A stretch of 64,000 nt of DNA from Thermoanaerobaculia bacterium (GTDB lineage Bacteria; Acidobacteriota; Thermoanaerobaculia; Multivoradales; Multivoraceae): positions 333,056 through 397,055 of the forward strand of contig DATKBT010000125.1 of the NCBI GenBank assembly GCA_035546295.1. Reading direction: 5' to 3'. A program made the position numbers and the translations under genes. Shown one piece after another: positions 63,138-64,000 of the stretch. The notes under the pieces are model-generated. The model was not told where the DNA came from, made no database searches, and saw only the letters and a list, made by a program, of their open reading frames with translations. Every line of letters begins with the position of its first letter. Position 1 is the stretch's first letter.

Positions 63138-63817
63138 GCCGCTCGCTGCCCGTGGTGGCGATCGACGGGCCGGCAGGTGTGGGCAAGAGCACCACCGCGC
63201 GTGCGCTGGCGGAGCGGCTCGGCCTTCCGTACCTCGACACCGGCGCGATGTACCGCTGCCTGGCGCTCGACGCCCTGCGCCGGGGAGTGGACCTCGAGGA
63301 TCGCGGCGCGGTCGAAGCATCGGCGAAGCGCGCCGCGCTGGAGCTCCGCTACGAGGACGGCCGGGTCGAGCTGGTCCTCGACGGGGTGTCGGTTGGAGCC
63401 GAGATCCGAAGCTCGGAGGTGGCGCAGGCCACCTCGCGGATCTCGGCCTATCCGGGGGTCCGGCGCCGCATGGTCGAGCTGCAGCGGAGCTTCGGGGAGC
63501 GATACGGGGGTGTGATCGAGGGCCGGGACATCGGCTCGGTGGTGTTTCCGCAGACGCCCCACAAGTTCTTCCTGGACGCCGATCTGGCGGTGCGCGCCGA
63601 GCGACGTCACAAGGAGCTGGTGGCGCGCGGCGAGAGGCGCGCCGAGGCTCAGGTCGCGGCCGAGCTCGAGCTCCGCGACCTCCGCGACCGCCAGCGGGTC
63701 GAGGCGCCGCTGGTTCAGTGTTCCGATCATGTGCGGATCGACACCGGGGGGCTGCGCCCGAACGAAGTCGTCGAGCGGATCGCGCGCGCGGTCGAGGCCG
63801 GTGCCGGGCACTGCTGA
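63134..63817 (+). CDS. cmk: cytidylate kinase
   Basis: TTG start overlapping the rluB stop; P-loop IDGPAGVGKST; GRDIGSVVFPQTPHKFFLDA. Confidence 0.85.
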   Translation: MSRSLPVVAIDGPAGVGKSTTARALAERLGLPYLDTGAMYRCLALDALRRGVDLEDRGAVEASAKRAALELRYEDGRVELVLDGVSVGAEIRSSEVAQATSRISAYPGVRRRMVELQRSFGERYGGVIEGRDIGSVVFPQTPHKFFLDADLAVRAERRHKELVARGERRAEAQVAAELELRDLRDRQRVEAPLVQCSDHVRIDTGGLRPNEVVERIARAVEAGAGHC

Positions 63818-64000
63818 GAATCGGCCGCGAAGGTAGGATCTAGGAGCCCGTGGTGAAACTCAGCACGCCCGCACGACAAGGCCTTTCCGCTCCGCCGGAG
63901 GCCGAGAAGCCCCTCACACGACCGGTGGTCGTCGCCAGGTCTCGAGCGGCTTCCCGCCACCGGCTGCGCTCCAAGTCCTTGTCGACCTTCGGCTTGCGGC

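Noticed and set aside
63851-64000. Possible start of a further gene (for example rpsA, which often follows cmk)
   Set aside because: The 50-codon partial translation (VKLSTPARQGLSAPPEAEKPL...) has no S1-domain or other recognisable signature, so it was not called.

Overview
This is a 64 kb, very high-GC (about 70-73%), gene-dense segment of a bacterial chromosome. It carries about 57 protein genes, one tRNA (Gln, anticodon UUG) and one RNase P RNA. Almost everything is core housekeeping.

- DNA repair: mutS, ssb, uvrB-uvrC, recG.
- Translation and RNA: trpS, dtd, tsaB-rimI, the rpsF-rpsR-rplI operon, rplY-pth, rluB, rnpB.
- Envelope and lipid: murJ, a PBP1A gene, psd-pssA, a LolB-like gene followed by ispE, and hppA.
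- Nucleoid: an HU-family gene and scpA-scpB-cmk.
- One catabolic-looking cluster: hydantoinase/oxoprolinase hyuA and hyuB, a long-chain acyl-CoA ligase, and a TRAP transporter.
- Several signalling proteins: a C-terminal Ser/Thr kinase, a PilZ protein, an MshEN protein, and a cNMP-binding-FHA fusion.

I found no integrase, transposase, prophage, CRISPR array or rRNA. Adjacent genes very often overlap by 4 nt (ATGA, GTGA or TTGA). Many long six-frame ORFs are antisense artefacts of the GC content. The 5' UTR layout around rpsF and the 4-nt overlaps point to tight operons.

Things that deserve a second look:
- An Asd-fold paralog without the catalytic Cys/His, translationally coupled to psd-pssA.
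- A small family of intergenic palindromes sharing the core GAATGTGCT/AGCACATTC at four loci, plus two 62-bp direct repeats whose hairpin shows a compensatory-type change.
- Two c-di-GMP receptor-domain proteins (PilZ-TM-AMIN and MshEN).
- A DnaJ-like protein with a degenerate HPD motif.
- In-frame tandem duplications inside trxB and ispE.

I did not find a single large 'mystery operon'; the lineage guess (Myxococcota or Acidobacteria-like gene order) is inference only. Coordinates of CDS follow the supplied ORF track. Coordinates of non-coding features were read from the line labels and may be off by 1-2 nt.
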